A stretch of DNA of 63,987 bases, counting the filler, from Octopus bimaculoides (Eukaryota), in assembly GCF_001194135.2 (NCBI RefSeq). It is 5 parts of 5 records of this genome, joined end to end, with 100 filler letters (N's around TTAATTAATTAA, not from the genome) between each part and the next. Parts side by side here need not be neighbours in the genome. Positions count along the whole stretch, not along the records: positions 43,804 to 62,451 come from NC_068993.1; positions 62,552 to 63,987 come from NW_026370086.1; 3 more parts are not named here. The stretch is one strand, 5' to 3'. Below, in pieces: positions 53,506 through 63,987 of the stretch; the stretch's first letter is position 1; every line of letters starts with the position of its first letter. Made by a program: the position numbers and the translations under genes. Below the pieces are notes generated by a model. It was given only the letters and a program-made list of their open reading frames with translations. It was not told the DNA's origin and did no database searches.

Positions 53506-53544
53506 TACCGGCAAGTGAATATTTCCGGTGTACTTATTAAAAGT

Positions 53545-53785
53545 GAAGGCTCTTAGTCTAGTGGTTAAGATGTTGCACTCATGATCCCAAGATCACGGTT
53601 TCGATTCCCGGACCACCGTGGTGCGGCGGGGTGTTGTGTTCTTGAACAAAACTCTTCATTTCACGTTGCTCAGTCCACTTGGCTGTAAAGAAGTGATCCT
53701 GTGACGAACTGCGTCCCACTCAGGAGGAGTGGTCGTGACCGCAATGACTTATATGCCATAGAAACCCGGATATCCGGTCCTACAA
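53545..53785 (+). mobile_element. CORE-type tRNA-derived SINE, family D
   Basis: A-box TAGTCTAGTGG, B-box GTTTCGATTCCC, CORE-like gttgtgttcttgaacaaaactctt, tail cctgtgacgaactgcgtcccactcagg. Confidence 0.8.
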
Positions 53786-54892
53786 ATGTTATTCTTTTAT
53801 ATGTTTCAGCCTTGAGGCTGAGGCCATGCTGGGACACCGCCAGTGTTAGGATAAGAAATATTAATGCCTAACGGTTATCTTTTACTTATCGAAATATGTT
53901 TCTCATAGATATATCTCAGAAAACAGATACTTACAGTCACAGATTGAATAAAGTATGCAAAATTATGCGGGAAAATATTAAAGTAAATATTTTATTAACT
54001 TATCTGAAAGCTGTCAGTCAAGAAGGACGCGACTAAAGAGTAACAGACGTCTCCTTTGATAGACAATTCGAGAGGAACGACAGCGCAAACCAGATGCAAA
54101 AACGAAATACATACATACATATATATATATAGATAGATAGATATATATACGTTTGTGAGCGTGAATAGATGTAGTATGTATGAGTGTGTGTGTATGCATA
54201 TATATACACATATACATACATGTGTGTGTGCATACACACACACAGAGGTATGTATATGTATATATATATATATATATATNNNNNNNNNNNNNNNNNNNNN
54301 NNNNNNNNNNNNNNNNNNNNNNNNNNNNNNNNNNNNNNNNNNNNNNNNNNNNNNNNNNNNNNNNNNNNNNNNNNNNNNNNNNNNNNNNNNNNNNNNNNNN
54401 NNNNNNNNNNNNNNNNNNNNNNNNNNNNNNNNNNNNNNNNNNNNNNNNNNNNNNNNNNNNNNNNNNNNNNNNNNNNNNNNNNNNNNNNNNNNNNNNNNNN
54501 NNNNNNNNNNNNNNNNNNNNNNNNNNNNNNNNNNNNNNNNNNNNNNNNNNNNNNNNNNNNNNNNNNNNNNNNNNNNNNNNNNNNNNNNNNNNNNNNNNNN
54601 NNNNNNNNNNNNNNNNNNNNNNNNNNNNNNNNNNNNNNNNNNNNNNNNNNNNNNNNNNNNNNNNNNNNNNNNNNNNNNNNNNNNNNNNNNNNNNNNNNNN
54701 NNNNNNNNNNNNNNNNNNNNNNNNNNNNNNNNNNNNNNNNNNNNNNNNNNNNNNNNNNNNNNNNNNNNNNNNNNNNNNNNNNNNNNNNNNNNNNNNNNNN
54801 NNNNNNNNNNNNNNNNNNNNNNNNNNNNNNNNNNNNNNNNNNNNNNNNNNNNNNATATATATATATATTAACTCTCTAATACACAAAACAGC

Positions 54893-55105
54893 TAGGGTGG
54901 CAAACTGGCAGAATCGTTAGCACGCCGGACAAAATGCTGAGCGGCATTTCGTTCATCTGTGCGTCTTGATGTCCAAATGCTATCAAAGTTGACTTTACCT
55001 TTCATCCTCTCGGAGTCGATAAAATAAGTACCTGTTGAGCACTGGGATCGATGCAATCGACTTAACCCCGAAATTGCTAGCCATGTACTAAAATTTGAAA
55101 CCAAT
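54893..55105 (+). mobile_element. SINE family A copy
   Basis: agggtggcaaactggcagaatcgttagcacgccgg...tttcatcctctcggagtcgataaaataagtacc. Confidence 0.9.
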
Positions 55106-55829
55106 ATACCAAACGCTTATTTTGAACTGGAATATACTGAGAGCCAATTAAAGCAAGAGAGCATTACAACATCAGCAACAGGATCGGCAGCATCATCATT
55201 ATCATCAATCCTGGACATTACTGGATTGATAACCGCTTGATAACTAACTGGTGTTGGTTTTTTTACGTCCCCCATAACTTAGCAGTTCGGCAAAATACAC
55301 CGATAGGCTAAATACCAGACTTTATAAAAATATAAGTTCTGTAATCGATTTTGTTCAACACCTTTGATGGCGGTGCCCCAGCATGGCCGCAGTCCAATAT
55401 ATGAAACAAGTAAAAGATAAAAGATGATAAAAAAAATTAACAAAGACTCCAGATATATGTAACATAGTAAAAATAGTTCCTGAAATTATATATAGAACGC
55501 CGAGACAAGATATCTTCGCTAAATTCTAAAGTATCCTTTGTTGTTGTGAACAGCGCCAATGATTCCTTGAACAGAACAAACGGCTCGATTCTAGGCCAAT
55601 AAGGTTTTTTTATCTAGAACAAGATAAAACTAAAATAGAAATCTATGCAGCACCAACAGAAAGTTATTTATCATTTATCTTTTACTTGGTTCAGTCATTG
55701 GACTGCAGCTAACTGAAACTCTGCTTCGAAGAGTTTTAATCGAACAAATAGACTCCTGTATCTAGTTTTTTAAGTTTAGTACTGATTCTATTGGTCTTTT
55801 ATGTTGAAGTGCTAAGTTACGGTGTTGGG

Positions 55830-56520
55830 GAATCAATTCTCTTTTGTATATGGACGACCCCAACGTGTATGCAGCTGATGATGAGCAACTAGAAACACCG
55901 CTTCAGACACTACACAGATTTACTGGAGCAATTGATGTGAGATTCAGATCAGAATAATGTGTGAAGGTAAGTTAATTAAGAACGCTGTTAATACCATGCT
56001 GGATAAAGAAACAGAGGCAAGAGAATTAGACCAAACGTAGACTTACAAATATTTTGAAATCAATGAATTAGACAGATTGCTACACATGCCTATGAAATAA
56101 AAAAAAGAAATAGGAATAGGAATGAATATTACACACACGTTAGATTAATACTTAAAACAGACCTGAAGGCAATAAGTTACGAGAGTGTACTTCAACACCC
56201 TCGCTATTTCAGCCATCATCATTATTCTCATCTGGTCGAGCTTGCTATTTCAGTAATGTGTTGTGTTGTAATTATAGTATTCTCAAATTAATACCAAAGT
56301 AATTAGCAAAATTAAACAGAAAAATAGCAAATTAATTACTTTATTTAGAATATATCACATAAAATCTGATGCAAAATGATTATATTTATCACGAATACGA
56401 GGAAAGTATGTAAGAGCCTTACGCAAATAGAAAACTAATACAAAATATGTACTGTTATGATTACAAAAGCATCTAATAAAGAAATCATGGGAAGACTAAT
56501 ACAATTGGTTATAAAACACG
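55830..56520 (+). pseudogene. Old R4/Dong-like RT C-terminal fragment
   Basis: LYMDD-type motif (tatatggacgac), ELDQT*TYKYFEINE, RLILKTDL and KSDAK*LYLSRIRG resemble R4 RT and post-RT motifs; many stops. Confidence 0.75.
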
Positions 56521-56989
56521 AGCGAAGTATTAATTTTTTTTTTTTTTTGCCGATGAATCCAGGAAATACAAAGCAAGGCGTGAAATGATAGAGTTGTGAG
56601 GTAAAGGAAGAAACAATTAGAGGTATTGTTGGAAAGGATAAAAGAAAACAGAAACTAAGCTTCAAAAAAATGCGATACGGAATGACATAACACCAAACTT
56701 ATAACAAGAACTCTTGTGTGGCCATTATCTAATGAAAAAAGCCATTGAAAAGACAGTGAAGGAGGAGGAGGCGGGGGACGACGAAGATGACAATGATGAT
56801 GATGATGATGATGATGATGATATTAACAGCACCAGTCCACAAAAGTGGGGTGTGACAGTTCATACAGCTCGACTTTTGTAAGTTTAATTTATTGAAACCC
56901 TAGAAGGATGAAATGTAAGTCAACGGGGAAGAAATCTGAACATAGAATGTGAAGGAATGTCTGTCAAACCTCGAACAATCATAAAAGTG

Positions 56990-57894
56990 CATGGAGTACC
57001 CAAAAGTAACCGGAAACGTTCTTTGTGGGACGAGCACGTTGTAGTTCAGGCTTCTGCCGCTAGAAGTCACTTGATGCGATTTTCAAGCATCAGTCTGCCG
57101 ACTGGTGTCGTCCTGTGCGGTCATGCTGTCACGTGGTGCATCTTTGTTTTGCAATGCTTCTCCCCTGTTCGTCGATTTTTGCGATGGCTGAAACGGAGGA
57201 ACCGCGTGCTTCCGTCAAATTTTGTTTTCTGCTGGAGGAAACGGCGGTCGAAAGTTTTCATGCTTCAAACAGCTTACAAGGATCTTGCCATGGGCAAGAA
57301 CACAAGTTTACGAGTGATTTCCACGCTTTTGGAATGGCCACTTGTCGCTTGAAGACCAATCTCGTTCAGGACGATCGTTAACCTCCCGAACGAATGAAAA
57401 CATCACGAAAATTCATGAACTGATCTTGGAGGACCGTCGCCGAACAACTGATGAACTTGTTGATATGATTGGTGTGTCCTGGAACTACTACCAACGAAAT
57501 TTTGAGCGAGGAATTGCGAATGAAAAGAGTTGCAGCAAAATTTGTGCCTCGCTTGCTCACGGAAGATCAAAAGCAGTCACAACTGAACGCGCGTCAGGAA
57601 TTGAAAGACCAGTTGGAAGTTGACCCGGACCTTTTTGCGAAGGTCATCACTGGTGACGAAAGCTAGTGCTATGGGATTTGCAGATGTCGAAGAGGTGAAG
57701 AAAAAAGCGACGGAGGCGTTAAATGGCATCACTTCAGAAGAGTTCCAGCACTGCTTCGAATAGAGGAAAACGCATCTGAACCGATGCATTACTTCAAATG
57801 GAGAATACTTTGAAGGTGATCAAAGTGTAAAGATGTAAAACAAAGAGGATAAGATAATATTGCAAAATTCCGGTTTCTTTTGGGTACCTCCTTG
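56990..57894 (+). mobile_element. Mariner-family transposon, 905 bp, internally deleted, both TIRs present
   Basis: TIRs CATGGAGTACCCAAAAGTAACCGGAA / TTCCGGTTTCTTTTGGGTACCTCCTTG+TA; RASVKFCFLL...LEDQSRSGR...ILSEELRMKRVAAKFVPRLLT...VITGDES jumps directly to FADVEEVKK...FQHCFE...RCITSNGEYFEGD. Confidence 0.95.
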
Positions 57895-59106
57895 TATTCC
57901 AGTTACACAGAATGCGTCGCTGAGCGAACATGTAAATTTTATAAAGGGGACAAAATTCAGTGCCTAAAATAAAAGCACTCTTGGAAAATACAGCAGTTAT
58001 ATTTTCAAAATACATTTGGAAATAGAAAGACAAAGGAGGGATCACCCGTATTTCGTTGATTATGTTAAATAAAACACAGATGCTAAAACCGGACCTAAGT
58101 CCTGCAACATCTGCCTCAGTGAGAAGCTCCATATCATCTGCTATCTTTAATCTTAAAAAAGTGTGAACTTAATCTGTCTTGCCTACATATACCGAAATTC
58201 TTCCCTGAAAATTTTTTAATGGATATCTTTCCTTATGTAAATGACAACAGTCGACGATCTACACTTATAGTTATAAAACCACTGATATTCATTCGATTTT
58301 TTTCCAGCCCACAGACATGTACAGTCGACCGACCAAATGAAAGCGGTCCCAAATATTGCATGGAAGTACACAGTTGAAACCCTCGAATAAAACAGAATGT
58401 AAAGAGCCATGACAAATTTGGCAAAACATTTTTACTATCGGTCTAACAATTCTGCTGACCATTGCCAAAGAATGATACTTTTTTCGGTTACAGAAGGGTG
58501 AAAGTTTAACCCGTTGCCTGACATATTTCCCTAATGCCCATGCACCATGTTTGATACCCATCCCCAACTTTTTTCATTCGCTAGAATATCATAGAACTTA
58601 TGAAAGGAAAGCCTTACAATTACATCGGCTAGGCTAGCTGGAAAGTCGGAAAACAAGAATGGACGTTTAGGGAAAAGTTATGAAAATACTTTTAACAGGC
58701 AAAGAGTTGACCTTAGCGGGATTCGCACTTAGAATGTAAAGAAGCTAAATACATACATAACACATACATATATCATTTTTTAAATTAAAGGTTTCGGTTT
58801 AATTTCTTTCTAATAATTATACGTGAAGTGTTTAATTACCTCTGTAGATTTTATTTTGTTTCATTATTTAAACACTGCAAGACTGTCCAGTACTAATCTA
58901 CTTTGTCGATGTTATTTATTAATTTTAATGGCCGTCTTTTAACATTTATTCATAACTATTTATTATATGACGCAGCATTTTAAGAGTAATCGGTTGGTCA
59001 TTGGTCTTACCTTGTGCTTTATGATTACATCCCGTTGGCAAGCGATTGGCCGCTGTTGATGCAGACACTCAGCTGTTGCATTTATTTAAGTCTATTTCTG
59101 TTCTTT

Positions 59107-59169
59107 ATTTACATCATTTTCATTATTTACATTCGATGGATATTTGTCCTCGTCTTGTTTGTTGTTAAC
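59107..59169 (-). repeat. Inverted duplication of the 3'-most part of the hammerhead tail, fused to the tRNA head
   Basis: Reverse complement of about 59411-59470; junction at the palindrome GTTAAC. Confidence 0.85.
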
Positions 59170-59259
59170 GGGCATATGGCGTAGTGGTTAAGAGCACGGG
59201 CTACTAACCCTAAGATTCCGAGCTCAATTCCAAGCAGTGACCTGGACAATAACAATAAC

Positions 59260-59309
<50 letters not shown>

Positions 59310-59495
59310 CAACAACAACATCGGAAAATACCTTAGGAATGAGAACCCAGGTTCGAAATTTCCCCAAGACACCTGAAGAAGGCTGGAGGGTATATCAGCC
59401 GAAACCTTGTGCTAACAACAAACAAGATGAGGACAAATATCCGTCGAATGAAAATAATGTAAATAATGTACATAATTCCTCATCTCTTAAACATG
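59170..59495 (+). mobile_element. Complete tRNA-head + (AAT/AAC)n + hammerhead-tail element
   Basis: Head 59170-59245 (A-box TGGCGTAGTGG, B-box-like GAGCTCAATTCC); linker 59246-59320; tail with CTGAAGA (59373-59379), stem GGCTG/CAGCC and GAAAC (59401-59405). Confidence 0.9.
59366..59415 (+). ncRNA. Minimal type I hammerhead ribozyme motif (Penelope-type; this copy is mutated in stem III)
   Basis: agacac CTGAAGA a ggctg gagggtatat cagcc GAAAC ct t gtgct; the consensus from four copies is GAAACGT-T-GTGTT. Confidence 0.7.
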
Positions 59496-59832
59496 AAACT
59501 TTATGTTTGTATAGAAAAAGCTTTGATTATTTTCTACGCTATCTGTTGCGGGTTTATATGGTATTTTTTAGCTTTTCTTTGTGTATTTGTTTCAGTAAGT
59601 AGACTACAGCCATGATGGGGCACCGCCTTGAAGCATTTTAGTCGAATGAATCAACCCGAAAACTTTTTATTATTATTTTAAGCTTGGTACTTATTCTATC
59701 GGTCTCTTTGGCCGAACGGCTAGAAAACAAGGACGTAAACATACCAACACCGGTTGTCAATGATGGTGGGGAACAAACATAGAAACAAACACATGCACAC
59801 GCACCCGCACACTCACAAATACACAAATACAA

Positions 59833-59893
<61 letters not shown>

Positions 59894-60562
59894 NNNNNNN
59901 NNNNNNNNNNNNNNNNNNNNNNNNNNNNNNNNNNNNNNNNNNNNNNNNNNNNNNNNNNNNNNNNNNNNNNNNNNNNNNNNNNNNNNNNNNNNNNNNNNNN
60001 NNNNNNNNNNNNNNNNNNNNNNNNNNNNNNNNNNNNNNNNNNNNNNNNNNNNNNNNNNNNNNNNNNNNNNNNNNNNNNNNNNNNNNNNNNNNNNNNNNNN
60101 NNNNNNNNNNNNNNNNNNNNNNNNNNNNNNNNNNNNNNNNNNNNNNNNNNNNNNNNNNNNNNNNNNNNNNNNNNNNNNNNNNNNNNNNNNNNNNNNNNNN
60201 NNNNNNNNNNNNNNNNNNNNNNNNNNNNNNNNNNNNNNNNNNNNNNNNNNNNNNNNNNNNNNNNNNNNNNNNNNNNNNNNNNNNNNNNNNNNNNNNNNNN
60301 NNNNNNNNNNNNNNNNNNNNNNNNNNNNNNNNNNNNNNNNNNNNNNNNNNNNNNNNNNNNNNNNNNNNNNNNNNNNNNNNNNNNNNNNNNNNNNNNNNNN
60401 NNNNNNNNNNNNNNNNNNNNNNNNNNNNATATATATGTACATGTATGTATATACGTTCATCTACATGTACATATAGATACATAACTGGGTACATGACGTG
60501 GCAAAAGAACAAGGACAAAATGGTAAACAAGGTGCAACAAACAAGCAGGCCACATAGAAACA

Positions 60563-60612
60563 TCCCCTTCATCAGCTGCCACCATTAAAACTCCGGCGTT
60601 TCGAAGAATTAC
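60563..60612 (-). ncRNA. Possible circularly permuted hammerhead-like motif within a different repeat
   Basis: The reverse complement reads ttcttc GAAAC gccgga GT T ttaatggtggcag CTGATGA a gggga; stem I is poor. Confidence 0.35.
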
Positions 60613-60629
60613 TCTAACGAGTATTGCAA

Positions 60630-60870
60630 TTTGCCAACCGACCAACACGGCTGCTCACCCTATAGAACCATCCGCACCATCACTACCACTTCTGCAATTA
60701 CCACCACTACAACCATCACCACTATACCCACCGCCAACTCCACCACTATCAACTGCAACACAAAACATAACCACTACCACGCTATTATCACCGCTGCTAC
60801 TAGCACCACCACAACAAACAAAGTTACTACTACTACTACTGCTGCTACTACTACTACTACTACTACTACG

Positions 60871-60911
<41 letters not shown>

Positions 60912-61560
60912 AACGACCACCAATGCAACCATAAAGAATAACAACACAATTGTCATCACTACCATCACCACAACAACAGCCCCTACACCCACCACCACCA
61001 CCACCATTGCTGTCACTATCACCACTACCACCACTACCACTACTACCGCCACCAATACCACCACCATTGCTACCACCACCATCATCACCACTACTACTAA
61101 CAACACCACCACTACCACCAACACCACCACTACCACTAACTCCACCACTACCACCAACTCCACCACTACCACCAACTCCACCACTACCACCTCCAATACC
61201 ACCATCATCACCACCACCATCATCACCACCACCACCACTACCACTACCACCACCAATACCACTGTTTTAAACAATGGCGAACCCTATACGCTGTTGCTCA
61301 ACCCTGCTACAATAAACAATCAAATCTCCCTTAAAGCACAACAGGAACAAGGGCAACAACAACAACAACAACAACAACAACAGCTACAGCAATAACAACA
61401 ATACTATTATCATCTGCATCAACAGCAGCAACAGCAATAGCATCAGTAATGGCAGCAACGCTGATGTCGGCAACGGAGACAAAAAGCAGCGTAACAAAAA
61501 ACAAGCAACAACAACAACAGGGGCAACAGAACCAACAACAACTATAACAAGAACAACGTC
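60630..61560. repeat. Degenerate (ACC/ACT/AAC)n tract
   Basis: Imperfect triplets; includes an 18-bp unit (aactccaccactaccacc) repeated about three times near 61138-61195. Confidence 0.9.
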
Positions 61561-61583
61561 AGTGTCCTAAATTAAACAGGACT

Positions 61584-62167
61584 GTGTGTCCTGTACTTGA
61601 TATTTGTTTCTTTTATGCTCTTTTTCTTTTCCTGTATTTTTCTTTTTCATTATTGTTTTCTCTTCTTTTTTTTCCTGTATTAAGTTTATTTTTTGTACTT
61701 TTTGTATTGCTCTTTGTGTCATATTTTTACTGTTACTTATCTGCTAGTACATTGCAAGAGAAGGCGGCGGCGGCGGCGGTGGTGGTGGTGGTGGTGGTAG
61801 TGGTGGTGATGATGTTGATAATGGTATCGGTGATGTTAGTAGTTTTGGTGGTGGTTGTGGCGAGATGTTTTAGCNNNNNNNNNNTGTACTTGATATTTGT
61901 TTCTTTTATGCTCTTTTTCTTTTCCTGTATTTTTCTTTTTCATTATTGTTTTCTCTTCTTTTTTTTCCTGTATTAAGTTTATTTTTTGTACTTTTTGTAT
62001 TGCTCTTTGTGTCATATTTTTACTGTTACTTATCTGCTAGTACATTGCAAGAGAAGGCGGCGGCGGCGGCGGTGGTGGTGGTGGTGGTGGTAGTGGTGGT
62101 GATGATGTTGATAATGGTATCGGTGATGTTAGTAGTTTTGGTGGTGGTTGTGGCGAGATGTTTTAGC
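61584..62167. repeat. Direct ~290-bp duplication across a 10-N gap (probable assembly artefact)
   Basis: About 61586-61874 is essentially identical to 61885-62167. Confidence 0.85.
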
Positions 62168-62451
62168 TAATGATGGTAGATACTGGTGGTGATGGTGATG
62201 GTGATGGTAGTGATGGAGGTGGTGATGCTACGGTGGTAGTGATGGTGGTAGTTTGAAAGGCTATGGGTATTAGGGTACTAACGGTAGTGCTGACATCAGA
62301 TAGAATGCGGTGATGGTGGGGTGGTAGTGCTGGTGTCAGTGGTGTTGGGAGTAGGCTTTTGGATGTCACGGTGGTGACATTTCTAACGGCAGAGTGTCGT
62401 GTAGTATTGCTGATGGTTTAATGGTGTAAATGGTAGTAGTAGTAGTAGTAG

Positions 62452-62551
62452 NNNNNNNNNNNNNNNNNNNNNNNNNNNNNNNNNNNNNNNNNNNNTTAAT
62501 TAATTAANNNNNNNNNNNNNNNNNNNNNNNNNNNNNNNNNNNNNNNNNNNN
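62452..62551. other. Artificial scaffold-join linker
   Basis: 44N-TTAATTAATTAA-44N. Confidence 0.95.
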
Positions 62552-62683
62552 TATTATTATTATTATTTTATGTTTGACTTTTGTTTTGCATTTGTACAAG
62601 TTGGATCCAAGTCTCACCCAGAGACCTCAAGAGACAAGTTAGAAGTTCATGTAGGTGTTATGCCTAGGGTACCATATATTTGG

Positions 62684-62690
<7 letters not shown>
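62552..62690 (-). mobile_element. Short retroposed 3' end with an (AAT)n tail (probably an R4/Dong-type 3' UTR) inserted in the AAT linker of the tRNA-HHR element
   Basis: About 115-bp unique segment between two AAT tracts, same orientation as the adjacent tRNA head; no ORF, so family assignment is inferred. Confidence 0.5.
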
Positions 62691-62757
<67 letters not shown>

Positions 62758-62762
<5 letters not shown>

Positions 62763-62832
62763 TTCACTGCTTGGAATCGAACTCAGAATCTTGGGGTTAG
62801 TAGCTCGCACTCTTAACTACTTCACCATATGT
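62758..62832 (-). mobile_element. tRNA-like head of the tRNA-AAT-HHR element (second copy)
   Basis: The reverse complement catatggtgaagtagttaagagtgcgagctactaaccccaagattctGAGTTCGATTCCaagcagtgaactg matches 59170-59245 and is followed by (AAT)n. Confidence 0.85.
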
Positions 62833-63143
62833 AAATAATGTAGTCTTATAGAATCCTCTACCAAAATTCCTATTGTTTCTCGCACGTACGTTGAATTATC
62901 TAACACATTAGAGAAAGAAATCCAGCTGTTTCTTGCAATACATACCAATACATACATCTAATACATACAGTGGTTAGAAGGGTGTCAATGTTTGTGTATG
63001 TATGTGTGTGTGTTATAAAGATTCTGGATGAGAGGCTGAAATCTGTGGGGTTTTGAATAAAAAAATGTCTGGTGATGGTTCTGTTGTTGTTGTCGTCTTT
63101 TATTCGTTGAAGAGAAGAATGGGACAATGTTTGAAGAGGGGGT

Positions 63144-63185
<42 letters not shown>

Positions 63186-63987
63186 TGTGTGTGTGTGTGT
63201 GAGGGTGAGTGAAGGGAGTGGTGCGAGTTTGAGAGCGAGTGTTTGAGTGACTTGACATCAAATGCCTGAGCCAGAATCCAACAGGGGGTATAAATATACC
63301 AGAGGAGAGAGGGGGGAATAGAAAGGGAGAGAGAGAGAGGGAGAATGGAGGGGGAGAATGGTACAGAAAGAGAGAGACCCCCACCTCCTCCAGTTTATTT
63401 AGGCTGACTTTTAAAAGTGTTGAATGTCGACGACATTAGCTGTGTAAGATGAGAGTGTGTGTGTGTGTGTCAGTGTGTGTGTCTGTGTGTGTAAATGTGT
63501 GTGTGTCAGTGTGTGTGTGTCATTGTGTCAGTGTGTGTGTATGTGTCAGTATGTGTAAATGTGTGTGTGTATCCTGTGTGTGTGTGTCAATATGTACGAG
63601 TGTGTGTGTATGTGTCAGTGAATGTATGTGTGTCTGTCACTTTCTGTGTGTGTGCTTGTATATGTGTGCCTCTCTGTGCACCAGTGTGTATGTATGTTTG
63701 TCAGTATGCGTGACCTTGTCTGTGTGTGTGTGTGAGTGCGTGTGTACGTGTGTGTGTGTCTGTGTCATTTTGTGAGTATCTTATATATGTTTGTCAGTAT
63801 GTGTGAGTGTGTGTATCAGTAGGTGCGTATGCGTGTGTCTTGTTATTTTAATTAACAACACTATGCGCAAATAAGTATTCGGTTATATGCCTGTTTCTGT
63901 GTGCGTGTGTGTGGTTCTGTGTGTGTGTGTGTGTGTGTGGTTCTGTGTGTGTGTGTGGTTCTGTGTGTGTGTGTGGTTCTGTGTGTG

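Noticed and set aside
57900-58160. Minus-strand ORF MELLTEADVAGLRSGFS... as an exon or Polinton polymerase remnant
   Set aside because: The donor is weak, the ORF runs into the mariner, and the resemblance to PolB motifs is too slight.
59170-59245. Genuine tRNA gene
   Set aside because: No proper acceptor stem, degenerate T-arm and an atypical ACT anticodon; it is followed by a microsatellite and a repeat tail, so it is treated as a SINE head. The same applies to 13089 and 53545.
61584-62167. Biological tandem duplication
   Set aside because: Near-identical copies separated by a 10-N gap are typical of unmerged overlaps or haplotypes; the same applies to 45005-45540.

Overview
This window is repeat-saturated, AT-rich animal genomic DNA. 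The SINE repertoire and extreme microsatellite load suggest an octopus or other coleoid cephalopod (inference). About 7 kb is N gaps, and four artificial 44N-TTAATTAATTAA-44N linkers split it into five joined pieces. There is no intact long CDS: nearly every ORF in the supplied track is a microsatellite or gap artefact. The recognisable content is many tRNA-derived SINEs from several families, decayed LINE fragments (R4/Dong-like, RTE-like, Tx1/L1-like, Penelope-like), two complementary Tc1 copies, an internally deleted mariner, and Tigger-like and hAT-like MITEs. The most interesting signal is a small retroelement built as a tRNA-like Pol III head, an (AAT)n linker and a Penelope-type tail carrying a minimal hammerhead ribozyme (CUGAUGA...GAAACGUU). 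One locus is an inverted, tails-out pair bounded by a 13-bp target-site duplication, and the AAT linker has been invaded by R4/Dong LINEs at two loci. Two further hammerhead-like motifs from other families are present. There is also a tentative minus-strand gene of very small, phase-compatible exons spread over about 24 kb, and a plus-strand signal-peptide-like candidate exon. All ribozyme, exon and family calls were made by eye and need computational confirmation.
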